The position numbers and the translations under genes were made by a program. Shown one piece after another: positions 30,701-44,354 of a stretch of 64,000 nt of DNA (position 1 is its first letter; the number at the start of each line of letters is the position of its first letter). Origin of the DNA: the human T2T-CHM13v2.0 reference genome, Homo sapiens; the NCBI RefSeq assembly GCF_009914755.1, contig NC_060929.1; one strand, 5' to 3'. Below the pieces are notes generated by a model. It worked only from the letters and a program-made list of their open reading frames with translations, was not told where the DNA came from and did not search any database.

Positions 30701-30993
30701 CTTTCCGGTATGGCCTTGCAAATTGGCAGAATTGGTAGTACCATCTGAAGAATACAATTTGAGATTAATTTCGCTCAATATTTTTCCACTCCTTATAATA
30801 ATCTTGAGATGCTACAGGTGAAATTATAATTGATTATTTCTAGGACTTGAGTACCCTATACAAAACAAAGATTTCCGGATGACCTTTAAACTGAACTTTT
30901 TTAAAGCCATTTTTTTAAACACTGGGAAGCAAGTTTGCAAATTTTACTATCAGTCTTTGAATGAGAAATTTTACTTTTGAAATTATATCCTTG

Positions 30994-31075
30994 GGAAATT
31001 ATCAGATACAGGAGAGGTTTTATATACACACATGGAAATTATCAGATATAGGGAGATTTTATATGCACATACACA
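30994..31075. repeat. Diverged 40-bp tandem duplication
   Basis: ggaaattatcagata... starts at 30994 and again at 31034. Confidence 0.8.
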
Positions 31076-31163
31076 CCAAGTATATGTGTGTATGTAAAGA
31101 TTGTATATATCTCTAATCTAAATATTTATTTATGATGTATAATATACATGATAGTATATCATT

Positions 31164-31289
31164 TATACAATAGTATGAAATGAAATGAATTTCATTTCAT
31201 TATAGAATAGAATGAAATGAAAATTTCATTTCATTATACAATAGAATGAAATGAAAATTTCATTTCATTATACAACAGAATGAAATGAA
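31164..31289. repeat. 34-bp tandem repeat (~3.6 copies) with a palindrome in each unit
   Basis: tatacaatagaatgaaatgaaaatttcatttcat variants at 31164, 31201, 31235 and 31269. Confidence 0.92.
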
Positions 31290-34200
31290 GGCAGAAATAA
31301 ATAAGTTATTTGAAACCTATAAGAACAAAGACACATATAACAGAATCTCTGGGACACAGCTAAAGCAGTGTTTAGAGGGAAATTTATAGCACTAAATGCC
31401 CACAGGAGAAAGTGGGAAAGAGCTAAACTTGACACCCAAACATCACAATTAAAAGAACTGGAGAAGCAAGAGCAAGCAAATTCAAAAGCTAGCAGAAGAC
31501 AAGAAATAACTAACATGAGAGCAGAGCTGAAGGAGATAGAGACACAAAAAAACCCTCAAAAAAATCAATGAATTCAGGAGTAGTTTTTTTGAAAAGATTA
31601 AGAAATAGGTGGACCACTTGCCAGACTAATAAAGAAGAAAAGAGAGAAGAATCAAATAGACACAATAAAAAATGATAAAGGGAATATCACCAGTGATCCC
31701 ACAGAAATACAAACTACCATTAGAGAATACTATAAAAACCTCTATGCATATAAACTAAAAAAACTAGAAGAAATTCATAAATTCCTGGACACATACACCC
31801 TCCAAAGACTAAACCAGGAAGAAGTTGAATCCCTGAATAGACCAATAACAAATTCTGAAATTCAGGCAGTAATTAATAACCTACCAACAAAAAAAAAGCC
31901 CAAGAACAGACGGATTCACAGCCAAATTTTACCAGAGATACATAGAGGAGCTGGTACCATTTCTTCTGAAACTATTCCAAACAATAGAAAAAGAGGGACT
32001 CTCCCCAATTCATTTTATGAGGCCAGCATCTTTCTGATAACAAAACATGTCAGAGACACAACAAAAAAAGAAAATTTCAGGCCAATAACCCTGATAAACA
32101 TTGATGTGAAAATCCTCAGTAATATACTGGCAAACTCAATCCAGCAGCAAATCAAAAAGCTTATCAACCACGATCAAGTTGGCTTCATCCCTGGGATGCA
32201 AGACTGGTTCAATATGCATAAATCAATAAAGTAAGCCATCATATAAACAGAGCCAATGACAAAAACCACATGATTATCTCAATAGATGAAGGAAAGGCCT
32301 TCAATAAACTTCAACACCCTTTCATGCTATAAACTTTCAATAAACTAGGTATGGAGGGAACGTATCTCAAAATAGTAAGAGTTATTTATGACAAACCCAC
32401 AGCCAATATCATACTGAATGGGCACAGGCTGGAAACATTCCCTTTGAAAACTGGCACAAGACAAGGATGTCCTCTCTCACCACTCCTATTCATTCAACAT
32501 AGTATTGGAAGTTCAAGCCAGGGCAATCAGGCATGAGAAAGAAATAAAGGGTATTCAAGTAGGAAGAGAGGAAGTCAAATTGTGTCTGTTTGCAGATGAC
32601 ATGATTGTATATTTAGAAAACCCCATCGTCTCAGCCCCAAATCTCCTTAACCTGATAAGCAATTTCAGCAAAATCTCAGGATATAAAATCAATGTGCAAA
32701 AATCACAAGCATTCCTATACACCAATAACAGACAAACAGAGAGCCAAATCATGAGTGAACTCCCATTCACAATCACTACAAAGAGAATAAAATACCTAGG
32801 AATAAAGCTTACAAGGGATGTGAAGTACCTCTTCAAGGAGAACTACAAATCACTGCTCAAAGAAATAAGGGAGGACACAAACAAAGGAAAAAACGTTCCA
32901 TGCTCATGGATAGGAAGAATCAGTATCGTGAAAATGGCCATACTGCTCAAAGTAATTTGTAGATTCAATGCTATCCCCATCAAGCCACCATTGACTTTCT
33001 TCACAGAATTAGAAAAAACTAGTTTAAATTTCATATGGAACCAAAAAAGAGCCCTTATAGCAAAGACAATCCTAAGCAAAAAGAACAAAGCTGGAGGCAT
33101 CACGCCACCTGACTTCAAACTACACTGCAAGTCTTCAGTAACCAAAACAGCATGTTACTGGCACCAAAACAGATATACAGACCAGTGGAACAGAACAGAG
33201 CCAGCAATAATGCCACATATCTACAGCCATCTGATCTTTGACAAACCTGACAAAAGCAAGAAATGGGGAAAGGATTCCCTATTTAATAAATGGTGTTGGG
33301 AAACCTGGCTAGCCATATGCGGAAAACTGAATCTAGATCCTTTCCTTACACATAATACAAAAATTCACTCAAGATGGACTGAAGACATAAACGTAAGACC
33401 TAAAACCATAAAAACCCTAGAAGAAAACCTAGGCAATACCATTCAGGACATAGGCATAGGCAAAGACTTCATGACTAAAACACCAAAAGCAATGACAACA
33501 AAAGCCAAAATTGATAAATGAGATCTAATTAAACTAAAGGGCTTCTGCACAGCAAAAGAAACTAGCATCAGAGTGATCAGGCAAACTATAGAATGGGAGA
33601 AAATTTTTGCAATCTATCCATCTGACAAAGAGCTAATATCCAGAATCTACAAAGAACTTAAACAAATTTACAAGAAAAAATGAACAATCCTATCAAAAGG
33701 TGAGTGAAGGATATGAACAGACACTTCTCAAAAGAAGACATTTATGCGGCCAACAAACATATGAAAAAAAGCTCATCATCACTGGTGATTAGAGAAATGC
33801 AAATCAAAACCACAATGAGACACCATCTCCATCAATTAGAATGGCAACCATCAAAAAGTGAGGAAGCAAAAGACGCTGGAGAGTATGTGGAGAAATAGGA
33901 ACACTTTTACACTGTTGGTGGGAATGTAAATTAGTTCAACCATTGTAGAAGACAGTGTGGTGATTCCTCAAGGATCTAGAACCAGAAATACCATTTGACC
34001 CAGCAATCCCACTACTGGGTATATACCCCAAGGATTATAAATCATTCTACTATAAAGACACATGCACACTTATGTTTATTGCACCACTATTCACAATAGC
34101 AAAGACTTGGACCAACCCAAATGTCCATCAATGATAGACTGTATATACACCATGGAATACTATGCAGCCATAAAAATAATGAGGTCATGTCCTTTGCCGG

Positions 34201-34590
34201 GACATGGATGAAGCTGGAAATCATCATTCTCAACAAATTAACACAGGAACAGAAAACCAAACACCACATGTTCTCACTCATAAATGGAAGTTGAACAAGG
34301 AGAATACATGGACACAGGGAGAACATCACACACTGGGGCCTGTAGAGGGTAAATGGAGTTGAACAATGAGAACCCATGGACACAGGGAGGGGAACATCAC
34401 ACACCAGGGCCTGTCAGGGGTTGGGGGAGCTAGGGGAGGGATAGCATTAGGAAAAATACCTAATGTAGATGACGGTTTGATGGGTGCAGCAAACCACCGT
34501 AGCACGTGTATATCTATGTAACAAACCTGCCGGTTAAACACATGTATCACAGAACTTAAAGTATAATTTAAAAAAAAAAAGAAAAAAATA
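31279..34590 (+). mobile_element. 5'-truncated L1PA7/PA8-like, 3.3 kb, disrupted ORF2
   Basis: ORF 32505..33521 has the RT FADDM motif; frameshifts and stops present; 3' UTR and poly(A). Confidence 0.95.
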
Positions 34591-35120
34591 AGCAAAAAAT
34601 ATATAAAACCAGAAGTTAGTTTTTTTTGAGAAAATAAATAAATTTCAAAAAAGTTTTGTCACACTGATCAGGATAAAGTAGATAAAAGTTAACAATATTA
34701 AAGATAGCTTTCATCACTACAGATATCAAAGGATAATGTGAAAATATTTTGAACAACTTTATGTTAATACATTTGACAACTTAGATGAGATTTACAAATT
34801 CCCTGAGAGATAAAAAATTAAAAACAAAACTTAGCTCATTAAATAATTAGATAACCAGAATAATTCTGTAACTACTAGAGAAATAAAATATGTAGATACA
34901 ACTCATATAAAAAGCAAAATTACAGCCCCAAATATTGTCATTTTTAAATCCTACCAAACATTAAGGAAACATTCTAATTCTGTGCAAACTCTTTCAGAAA
35001 ATTAAAGAGCATATTATATATCCTACTGTATTCTATGAAGCAGTACTTCCATTTTACCAAATTTAGACAAAAACATTACAGAAAAACAAAACTATAGAAG
35101 GTATCTCTTATAAGCGTCAT
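34591..35120 (+). mobile_element. Old L1M ORF2 fragment
   Basis: Degenerate L1 ORF2 DNA (tttgacaacttagatgag..., aaactctttcagaaaatt). Confidence 0.65.
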
Positions 35121-36988
35121 GCAAAAGTGACTAAGTGGCTAATTTATTTTACAAAATAAATAGCCTTGGTGACCTAGAAGGGGCATCATGCCTCTTGCAA
35201 GGTGCCCAGCATTTACTGAATTCCTAATAAGCAAATATGCTAGATGAATGAAGAAAAGATAACATGGATTATTAAAAAGATTTGGTCTCATTCAGACTCA
35301 AAAATGTTCAATTGTCCAGCAATAACATGTTTCATCATCTAAGTTGATATGATGTCATTGTTTACAGTTTTCCAGTAATGTGTGATTGCACTGAAACAAG
35401 TTACAATCAATTACTTCTAAAATGAATGTAGGATTTCTAGCATAAAAATATGGTGCAACAGACACTAAGGAGAAATCAAGACACAACCAACATTGATGAT
35501 TTTTTTGAAACATGACAAATACTATAAAAAAACAGACACTTGTTGAGCATTTGTAGCTACTGGTATGACCAACCCCTTGTCCTTTAAAAAATAGATGAAT
35601 ACTTTTATTTCCATTTCAGTACTGCAGAAAACATAAAAATAATTTACACTCTTTTCTAATAAACCCTCATACAAAAGACACCAACAAGCACTCATATACC
35701 ATTTCAATAAAACACAAATCTACATTGCTTTGGATATGAACACGCTAGTGCATATACATTGGTCATTGGACGGCTAGATTAATTTTTCATTTTATTTCAA
35801 GAGTTTTACTTTAAGCAATATGAACATTTTAATTAAGCATTTTATGTATCATGGTAAAAATCCTGCCAGAGGTAAATAATCTCCAATAATAACAAGAAGG
35901 TGTGTTTCAAAATGATGTTAAACAATATAACAAGTACATAATTTGATACTGATAATGTATTTTTTTAAAACAGATGTTTAGTGAATTATACTGTAATAAA
36001 CCTAAAACTAACCCTAATTTTCAATCTAATATAAGCTCTAGGCATTAACTACACATTGGATTTTATGGACTGTTTCTTAATTACAAAGGTTAACATGTTC
36101 TTAATCTCACCAACAAATTAAATCATCATTAAAATATATTTAGTGCAACAAATTGCTTTATGAATTAACATATTTGGATAGTCCTAAAATGAAAATTAAA
36201 TGGTTATATATTTAGTATTGTGATTATTAATATGCTATATGTAAAGGACAACATGAAAAGAATTTAACCATTTTCCCTAACTAATTAAATGTTAAGCAAA
36301 GTAGAATTTTAGATAATTTATTAGCCATATATTTAACAGATTATTGTATTGTCTATCTCTTCAGCTGTCTATATGTTCCTCCACACATCCACCTATCATT
36401 ATTCATCCCATGCATTAATCTATATATGCCCCAACTATATTTAAATTCCCCTTTGAACAATATATGAGATTCATTTATATTTCTGACATATTTAAAACCT
36501 TTAAAATGGTGAAAACTATTCAAAATTTGGAAAGATATGCTATACAAATTAATACTTTTACCTTTCTTATTCACTTAAATGTCATATCTTTAGTAATACT
36601 CTGTTATGAGAATATAATTGACATAATATTCTTCAAAAATTTTGATATGTGTTAGGCCCAACAATTTTCAAAAGAAAATATTTCATATTTTCTAGGAAAA
36701 CATTTTTTTCTAATTTATTTATTTAGTTCCTTATTAATTTGAACTTGTATTTAACCAAGAGGGACAATGAGACAAGGACTACGGCAACAATAAAGGTATT
36801 AAAATCATTGACTCTGGCATTAAACTGCCTGGTTCTTAAAATCAGCTTTGCTAATAAACAATGGGCAAATTACTTAAGTACTTGGTGCCTCAGTTTTATC
36901 CTCCCCAAAAACAAATTATAATACTATCTACCTTGTACCCAGAGCATTTCAAAGACAGCCAAGCTAAGAATTTGTTCTCTGGAAGTGT

Positions 36989-37132
36989 TTGGTATTATTA
37001 CTGTGCTTGATTATACATTGTGCAACCATTTTTTCACACAGTTTGTAAATAGTGAGATTATTGGTATTATTACTGTGCTTGATTATACATTGTGCAACCA
37101 TTTTTTCACACAGTTTGTAAATAGTGAGATTA
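36989..37132. repeat. Perfect 72-bp tandem duplication
   Basis: 36989-37060 is identical to 37061-37132. Confidence 0.97.
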
Positions 37133-37174
37133 TTATATTTCTAAAAACATAATAAATGTTTTCAAAGTACTTAC

Positions 37175-37428
37175 TTTATTAAATTGTTCCTGGCATCTGG
37201 ATCGTATGCTGTAACCTGTCCAATGATACTGCCCTCCTTTACATCTTCATCTACTTCTATCAAGTAAGAGACTTTAGTGAACACAGGAGGCTCATCTATA
37301 TCTTCCACAGATATTTTGACCACAGCTGTATCTTTGAAAGGTCCCAGGTGTAAGAATCGTGGATCAGGGTGAGTGTTACTTGCATCCACTCTTAAAGTAT
37401 AGAGCATTTGATTTTCAAAATCTAAATT
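37175..37428 (-). CDS. CDH9: Cadherin-9 exon 7 (NLDFENQ...NNLIK)
   Basis: ccag|AAT ... AAA|gtaag; 254 nt; LDFE and DIDEPP motifs. Confidence 0.96.
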
Positions 37429-38335
37429 CTGGAGTTAAATAACATAAAAGAAATTAGCATAATTCAGAAGATATGACAATGAAAGACGATTTCAAATTTT
37501 AATAGCCAGCGATCATGATTATACCAACAATTCTATTTAAATGACAATGATTGCTTCATAGGTATATGAAATAAATTTATAAATATATGTTTTGCCATAC
37601 ACTTATTCACAGAGGGTTAACTTAATATAATGGCATACACATTGAGATTGATTCTCACTTAGTAATATGCTTCATTTTTTTGGTGACAAGTAAATGAAGT
37701 ATTATCTAATGGATTTATACATTATGTATTATCATTATTAAAGTTATGCAGTTATAATCAGAAGAAAAATATAAAATAGAAGTATAGAATAAAAATTATT
37801 TCTACTTCAATTATTTGAGCACTTGTGGAAAGTAAGATATGAATAAAAAGTGAAATAAGGACAATATGAAATGATAATATTGAGCTCTATTATTAGATGT
37901 AAAGATTAAGAATGTTCTCCCACATTGCATTGAAAATCGAGGCAACCAATGGAAAACACAAAGCATCTTCAGGTTTTATTTATTTAAATATATCATCACA
38001 CTTACAATGAAAATATTTTGAAAAGTGCATGAAATAATGATGGCTGTGTGTTTATATTTTCCTCTATGGAGAAATACAAAACAAGTACCTTGAAGTTTAT
38101 CTAATTTTAATTTGACTGTTTTCTAGTTTTAGCATGAACAACTGAGGTTTTAAGTGTCAATTATGAAGACATTTAACTTGCTTGAAGTGATATCACAACT
38201 ATTCTCATTTATCTGAAGGATAGACAGCATGTAAAAGATGGGGGAAAATAAATCCCAGGCTTTTTTTCCCTTTACTGAAAAGCAAACGTAAATTATAAAG
38301 CACTCAATGAAAAGATGAAGACAGTGAAAAGAAAC

Positions 38336-38523
38336 CTGTTTGACAGTTATAATCCCTTCCTGTGTATCCTTGTCAGTGATGACATCGAACATGTCTGCAC
38401 CATCTCCTTCAGCAATGCTATACTCCATTTCTGCATTTTCCCCCACGTCAGGGTCATTGGCTTTTATCCTTCCAAGATGAGTTCCAAGAGGTACAGACTC
38501 AGGAGAATTAAATTGATACGTAC
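38336..38523 (-). CDS. CDH9: Cadherin-9 exon 6 ([10 protein letters not shown]...GIITVKQ)
   Basis: tttatag|GT ... CAG|gtttc; 188 nt. Confidence 0.95.
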
Positions 38524-39129
38524 CTATAAATTAAGTAAGAGCTGTTTTGACATTTCATCTTTATATAACATTTTTTCATTTCCTCTGCATTTTTAACTTA
38601 AATACATTAATTTTAAATAGGGAGAGTTTTTATCATATTGAATTGTAAGCTGTCAAAATTGTATATTTATTAATTTGGAAAAATAATTTATAAAACAGAA
38701 CACTCTCATTTAGTAAATGAGAAGTGTAAGTCCCAGAAAAAAAAATTAGAGAATGTCCCAAATTTATTTAGACTATAGATGGTAGGCCTGATATAAGAAT
38801 CCAGAACTTTTGGCTTAAAAGAACATGAAAAACAAATATTTACTGCTCATCTGGGGCTTTCAAAATGGTCATCACACTTTTTTTTTTAACATGTATTCAA
38901 TTATTTTTTTTAAAATGCATTTATTATTTTATTCTAAATCAGGAATAAAAAATAATGCCATACAGACCAATGTTTCTTTTTTTTGCTGTTTGTTTTAGTT
39001 TTAATATCTTTTAGTGGGGCATGGATGTTTGTATTTTTTGTAGGTTCAGGCAAGTGTTATATTGTATTCTGGTAACCCTAAAAGCATTTTAGTTTGTGGC
39101 TACCTATTCAAGAGACAATAGAAAAAAGA

Positions 39130-39570
39130 AAACTTTAATGTTAATGAAGGTCAGAAATATTTTTAAACATTTACAATGTGCTGCAGTCTATACAAGGTCT
39201 AAAGGCTTATATGCTAATTTATTTAATCCTCACACTAGTCCTCAAAGGACCAATTTAGCTATATCATCTTCAGGGGCAGGTCTTAAGGAAATTATCCTGC
39301 AGACTTGGGAAAGGGAGGATGCAAAAACTAATTCTTTCTGACTTCAAAGTCTATATTCTTTCCAATTTATTTGGTGGTTAAGAATATGAGTAAATAAATT
39401 CAACTGCCTGGGTTTGAATTCTGACCACCTGGCCAGTTAGTTAAATTCGCTAAACTTTGATGTCTGCGTCTAAGAAATAAGGATGATAATGATAGTAATT
39501 CACTCATAGGTTTGTTTTATGGGTTACAAAAATTTAGTTCTGGGTCTAGTCCTTAATATTTTATTATTAC
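39130..39570. mobile_element. MIR relics (two fragments)
   Basis: tttaatcctcacac...; tgcctgggtttgaattctgacc... Confidence 0.5.
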
Positions 39571-40655
39571 TCTTATAGTTCCAAAGTTTTGTTAGCATTA
39601 TTATAGATAACAGAATTACAGAATGTCAAGGCATTAAAAATGCATCGAGTCTCTTTATAAAGGAATATGAATGCAAAGATTAAGTTTATGTTATTTAGGC
39701 TTATTATTTATGTTCTCAGCAAACTTTATTGTTTTACATATAACATATGAATATGTCCACCAATCAAAGATCAATACAACATTTTAAATATAATTGGCCT
39801 GGAAAAATGTTTTACTGTATTGAGATTAGCGATATGAATTTAAGTTTCAGCATTTAATTGAATATTTTGAAATAGGGGTCCTTATATATTTATTCACTGC
39901 AAAATAACAAATTTCAGCAGAGAATGGAAATCTTTTTCTGCAGGACATCATGAAATGCAAAGCATCCATGGTTTAATGTCTATCCTAAAATGGTGACAAC
40001 TGAAAGAGTGTTAACTGATGTAATCTTCATAACTTAGTACCAGAGATACTACCAAACTTGAATACGTCTAAAATGCCCTCACAAACATAGTAAACCATAA
40101 CTCTATGGGCCACTAGGAAAATATAAAAATGATGCTAAATAAGCCCATCTGCACTGATATCTTTAAACTATCAAGAAGTCTGTGTTTCAGAATCAGTTAG
40201 ATAAGAGATTATAAGTCTGCGTGTAAAACAAGGTAGCTGAGGTAAGACAAGTGAGAGACACAGGATTTGAATCCAGATAGGCAGACATGAGAGCCCACCC
40301 TCCTAACCAAGAAGTGGATCCAAAGGAAAATGTTGAGACAATCTCAGTGAATGATGAGAAAGGAAGTCTGGAAAACTTTATAATCCTTCAAAGTTAGAGA
40401 AGTTAATTTAAAAGTTGCCAGAGAAGCTTAATACTTTGTTTTCTTCCACTACATACTCCAAAAAATGATGAAAATAATCACCATCACTCTCTATTTGTGG
40501 GAAATTGTGTTTTTTTTTGGTAGAGGAATGGATTATGGTTTTTTCTTTATGCATAAACCAATAGCAAAACTACTAGTATGAAATGTGAATATTAAACTCG
40601 GCTACTAGTGTATTTGAGAAGTTTTTGGACATGAGATCACTGAAACATTTCTTAC

Positions 40656-40823
40656 TCTGGGGAAATCGAGGAGGGTTGTTGTTGACATCTGTCAGCGTGA
40701 TGTTCACTGTGGTGGTTCCAGAAAGGCCTCCCATCTGGCCACCCATGTCTTTGGCCTGTATAACAACCTGGTACTGCTCTCTATTTTCTCTGCTCATGTC
40801 TGGTAATGCAGTTTTTATTATGC
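40656..40823 (-). CDS. CDH9: Cadherin-9 exon 5 ([13 protein letters not shown]...[11 protein letters not shown])
   Basis: ccaaaag|GC ... CAGA|gtaag; 168 nt. Confidence 0.96.
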
Positions 40824-41415
40824 CTTTTGGAAAAAGCAGACAAAAGTTTTGCAATTAAATCGCTGAGTTTTAAAATTAAGCTAGACAAGACTCATTTTAC
40901 AAAAGTTGATTATAACAAACATAAAATGTCAGTGTATTTAAATATGTCCTTCAATCCATAACCACTTTAAGATAATTCACAGAACAGGAAGGATTTTCCC
41001 ACGGGCTATAGTTCATGAAATGGGTTTTGCTAAATCAATGTATTTAATTTTTTTGATTACAAAAATTAACTTCAGTCAAAAATCTTTAGACATATACAGT
41101 TGTTTAATTTTGATAATTGTCATATTCAAGTTTTGAGTATTCTCTATGCCACACAATGTGCTGAATCTCTGTGAAATTTTGTATTTAGTGTTTCAAATTT
41201 AAACCCAATGAATAATAGTTTAAAGAGCTAAGGGTTCAAATAAGTTATTAAAATAATAGAAAGTTTGCATTTGTTTACATCCAATAATGACAGGAAACAA
41301 ATAGAAACATGAAACTGAAAGAATAATGGTTTTAAAATATTTTAAAAATCTCTAAATTAATTATGCATCTTAATGTATTATACAATAAGAAGTCAGCCAA
41401 GTTTAAATGTTGTAC

Positions 41416-41535
41416 CTGATTCTGGGTCCACTGAAAAATATGGCTGTCCTTGCAATATGCTATAGACCACTTTGGCACTATTTCCATAGTTGGCGTCATC
41501 TGCATCTGTTGCAGTTACTTGTATAACAGATGTAC
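41416..41535 (-). CDS. CDH9: Cadherin-9 exon 4 ([14 protein letters not shown]...DPES)
   Basis: tgtag|GT ... CAG|gtac; 120 nt; in frame with the flanking exons; ATDAD motif. Confidence 0.96.
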
Positions 41536-43634
41536 CTACATGAAACCCCCATCCCCAAACAGAGACATTTACATACTTCCAAATCTGAAACAATCTTTCT
41601 TAAAAATATGTTGCTCTCAGTGTTTTGTATTAGATGATGTTGTATGTTTGAAGAAATTTATTTAAATACTTCCTCAAAAAAGTTACTTTCCTTTCTCATT
41701 TTCTATAAACTGAAGTGTTTCTTAATTTTTTTGTTTATCTAAGAAAAAGTATCAAAATATATTATCAGTAAGGTGAATATAATAAGACTAATTAATGCAT
41801 CACATTTTTAATTGATTGGAAGTGTTTTAGGGCAAACATTCTTAAAATGAATATAACACACATGAAATTTGTAATTAATACATTTACCACTAACTGGAAA
41901 CATGTATTTAAAAGATAAATCTAACATTTTTTAACCTGCTGCTGCTTTTTATTCTGGTATATTTGACTGTAAATGGTAAATAAAATAAAAAAATAAAGAG
42001 AAAATTTCTATGAAGAAATAAACCAAAATGCTGTAAAATTGACCTGCAAGATATTTTTTGTTCCCAAGATATACCTAATTATGAAGGGCCTATGCCTCTC
42101 TTTTAAATATAGATAATATGGTTCTTATGATTACCTCTATTGATATGCTGCATAATACTGGTTATTTGCTGCACATTTGTAAATCATTATTCTCCAAAAG
42201 AAGATCTAAAGTGTGTAATTCTGTGTCACATGCAATACTGCAATTTAACCTTACTATCTAATTTTATATCATTAAATTTAAATTATGTTAAATTTTGTTT
42301 CAAATCTTTCAAAACATAAAAGTGCTTTAAAAGCAGGGATCAGCATAATAAAATATATTGATGAATTTTTAAAATTATCTTTTCCTGAATTTCTATAAAG
42401 ATTCAAAGCATGGTTCTGACATCACCCTTAAATGAAGCCTACTAGGTTTGCCCTTGGACAAAGCTAGATTGTAGGACATTTTTCAGTATATTTTACATAA
42501 TTTCTAAAAGTTTGAGTCTCACTCTTACATACATTTTAAAGATTTTGAAAATAGGAGGAATTCCATATTGGCCCTACCACCTAATTTAATAGCCCACATG
42601 CATTACACACTCAATAACTTGTCTAATTGAATTATGGTGGATGTTTCTCAAATGTTGCGTGTATATGTGTATGCCAATTCCAAAAATTAATATATAGTAA
42701 TTAAGATCAATATTAACAGCTCATTTCCTGTCAATATGTTTGAATGTTAACACATCAATTGAGCAAGGCTTTTTAATGTTTTCTCAAAATTAATTAGCAT
42801 AACAATGACAACTTGAGCTCATTCTCTTGAGGCCTCTGTTTTCTCAACTGTGATGGAATTGATGTGTCCTGTGAGTGAATGGAAACATTGCATATTTACT
42901 TAATCCATTCCAGCTGTAAGCTTTTATCATTAAAAAATTATCCACCCATGTGTTCATTAGATGAAAGCAAAAATGATAAAGTGATTTACATTCCCCCCAC
43001 ACAAATCACTTTATGATGTGCAGAAGTTCAACAAAGTGTTTTTTTTTTAATTTACATGTAATGTCCTTTTTATATAACCCTATGTGATATATATTAGAAT
43101 AAGTGTGGTTTTCACAATTGGAGGTTATTGAAATATGAATTATTAAGCATTACCAATATGCTGAAAATACAAGTAGTTCGTTCATCAATTTTAGGACATT
43201 TCTTGAGTTACCCATTTTATTTTTCTTTTAACATGAACATTATTGTAAGCTTTCATAATGGGTACAGGTAAAAACAATCTTTTATGTTTATTTGACTCTT
43301 TCAAATAATATTTTTGTGGAATTTTAATTTCGATTATTAGCTCTATTAGTCGGTAGATGATCTTTGAAGTTACGCAAGGACGCTTAACAAAGAGAAAGAA
43401 GTTAATATAAACAACAGAAATAAACTCTATGATGTGGCCAAAAAGCTAAAAGCACACATAAAATACTTGTTCCACCTCTCAGAGCTCTGGTAATAATTAA
43501 GAATGCTTTTAAACACTGGTAGTCACTGACAAAATATCATTGATATGTTATTTTTTAGCAAACTGAGAGACAGTGTGTTAGATTATAGGGAATAAAGAGT
43601 TGTAGTTTTTTTCAGAGGTGTAATTAAAAGTTAA

Positions 43635-43981
<347 letters not shown>

Positions 43982-44226
43982 ATTTTATACTAATTTTATA
44001 AATGTTTCTTTATAGAGACAAAATAAAAGAGAATACACATGGATATTTACATCCCACTAAATTTTCCAAAATATGTATAATTTTTATTTGTTCTTTAGTT
44101 ATTTAAAATAAATATTTTATTTTCATATTAAAGATAAAAATATAGTAAGTAAAATATAGTGAAACTTGAATGACAAATTTATATATTGCATCTCATATCA
44201 AAGAGGTAAACACGATTTTGAGACCA

Positions 44227-44354
44227 TTTTTTTTCTTTTTTTTTTTTATTATACTTTAAGTTTTAGGGTACATGTGCACATTGTGCAGGTTAGTTACATA
44301 TGTATACATGTGCCATGCTGGTGCGCTGCACCCACTAACTCGTCATCTAGTATT
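44227..44354 (-). mobile_element. Very short L1PA2-type 3' end
   Basis: cacattgtgcaggttagttac...gtgcgctgcacccactaactcgtcatctag (GAG type, not Ta); TSD gagaccatt. Confidence 0.9.

Noticed and set aside
31164-31289. CRISPR-like palindromic repeat array
   Set aside because: The units are contiguous with no unique spacers, there are no cas genes, and the context is a primate intron.
32505-33521. 338-aa reverse transcriptase ORF as an active or novel RT system
   Set aside because: It is a fragment of L1 ORF2 in a 5'-truncated, frameshifted L1PA and cannot retrotranspose.
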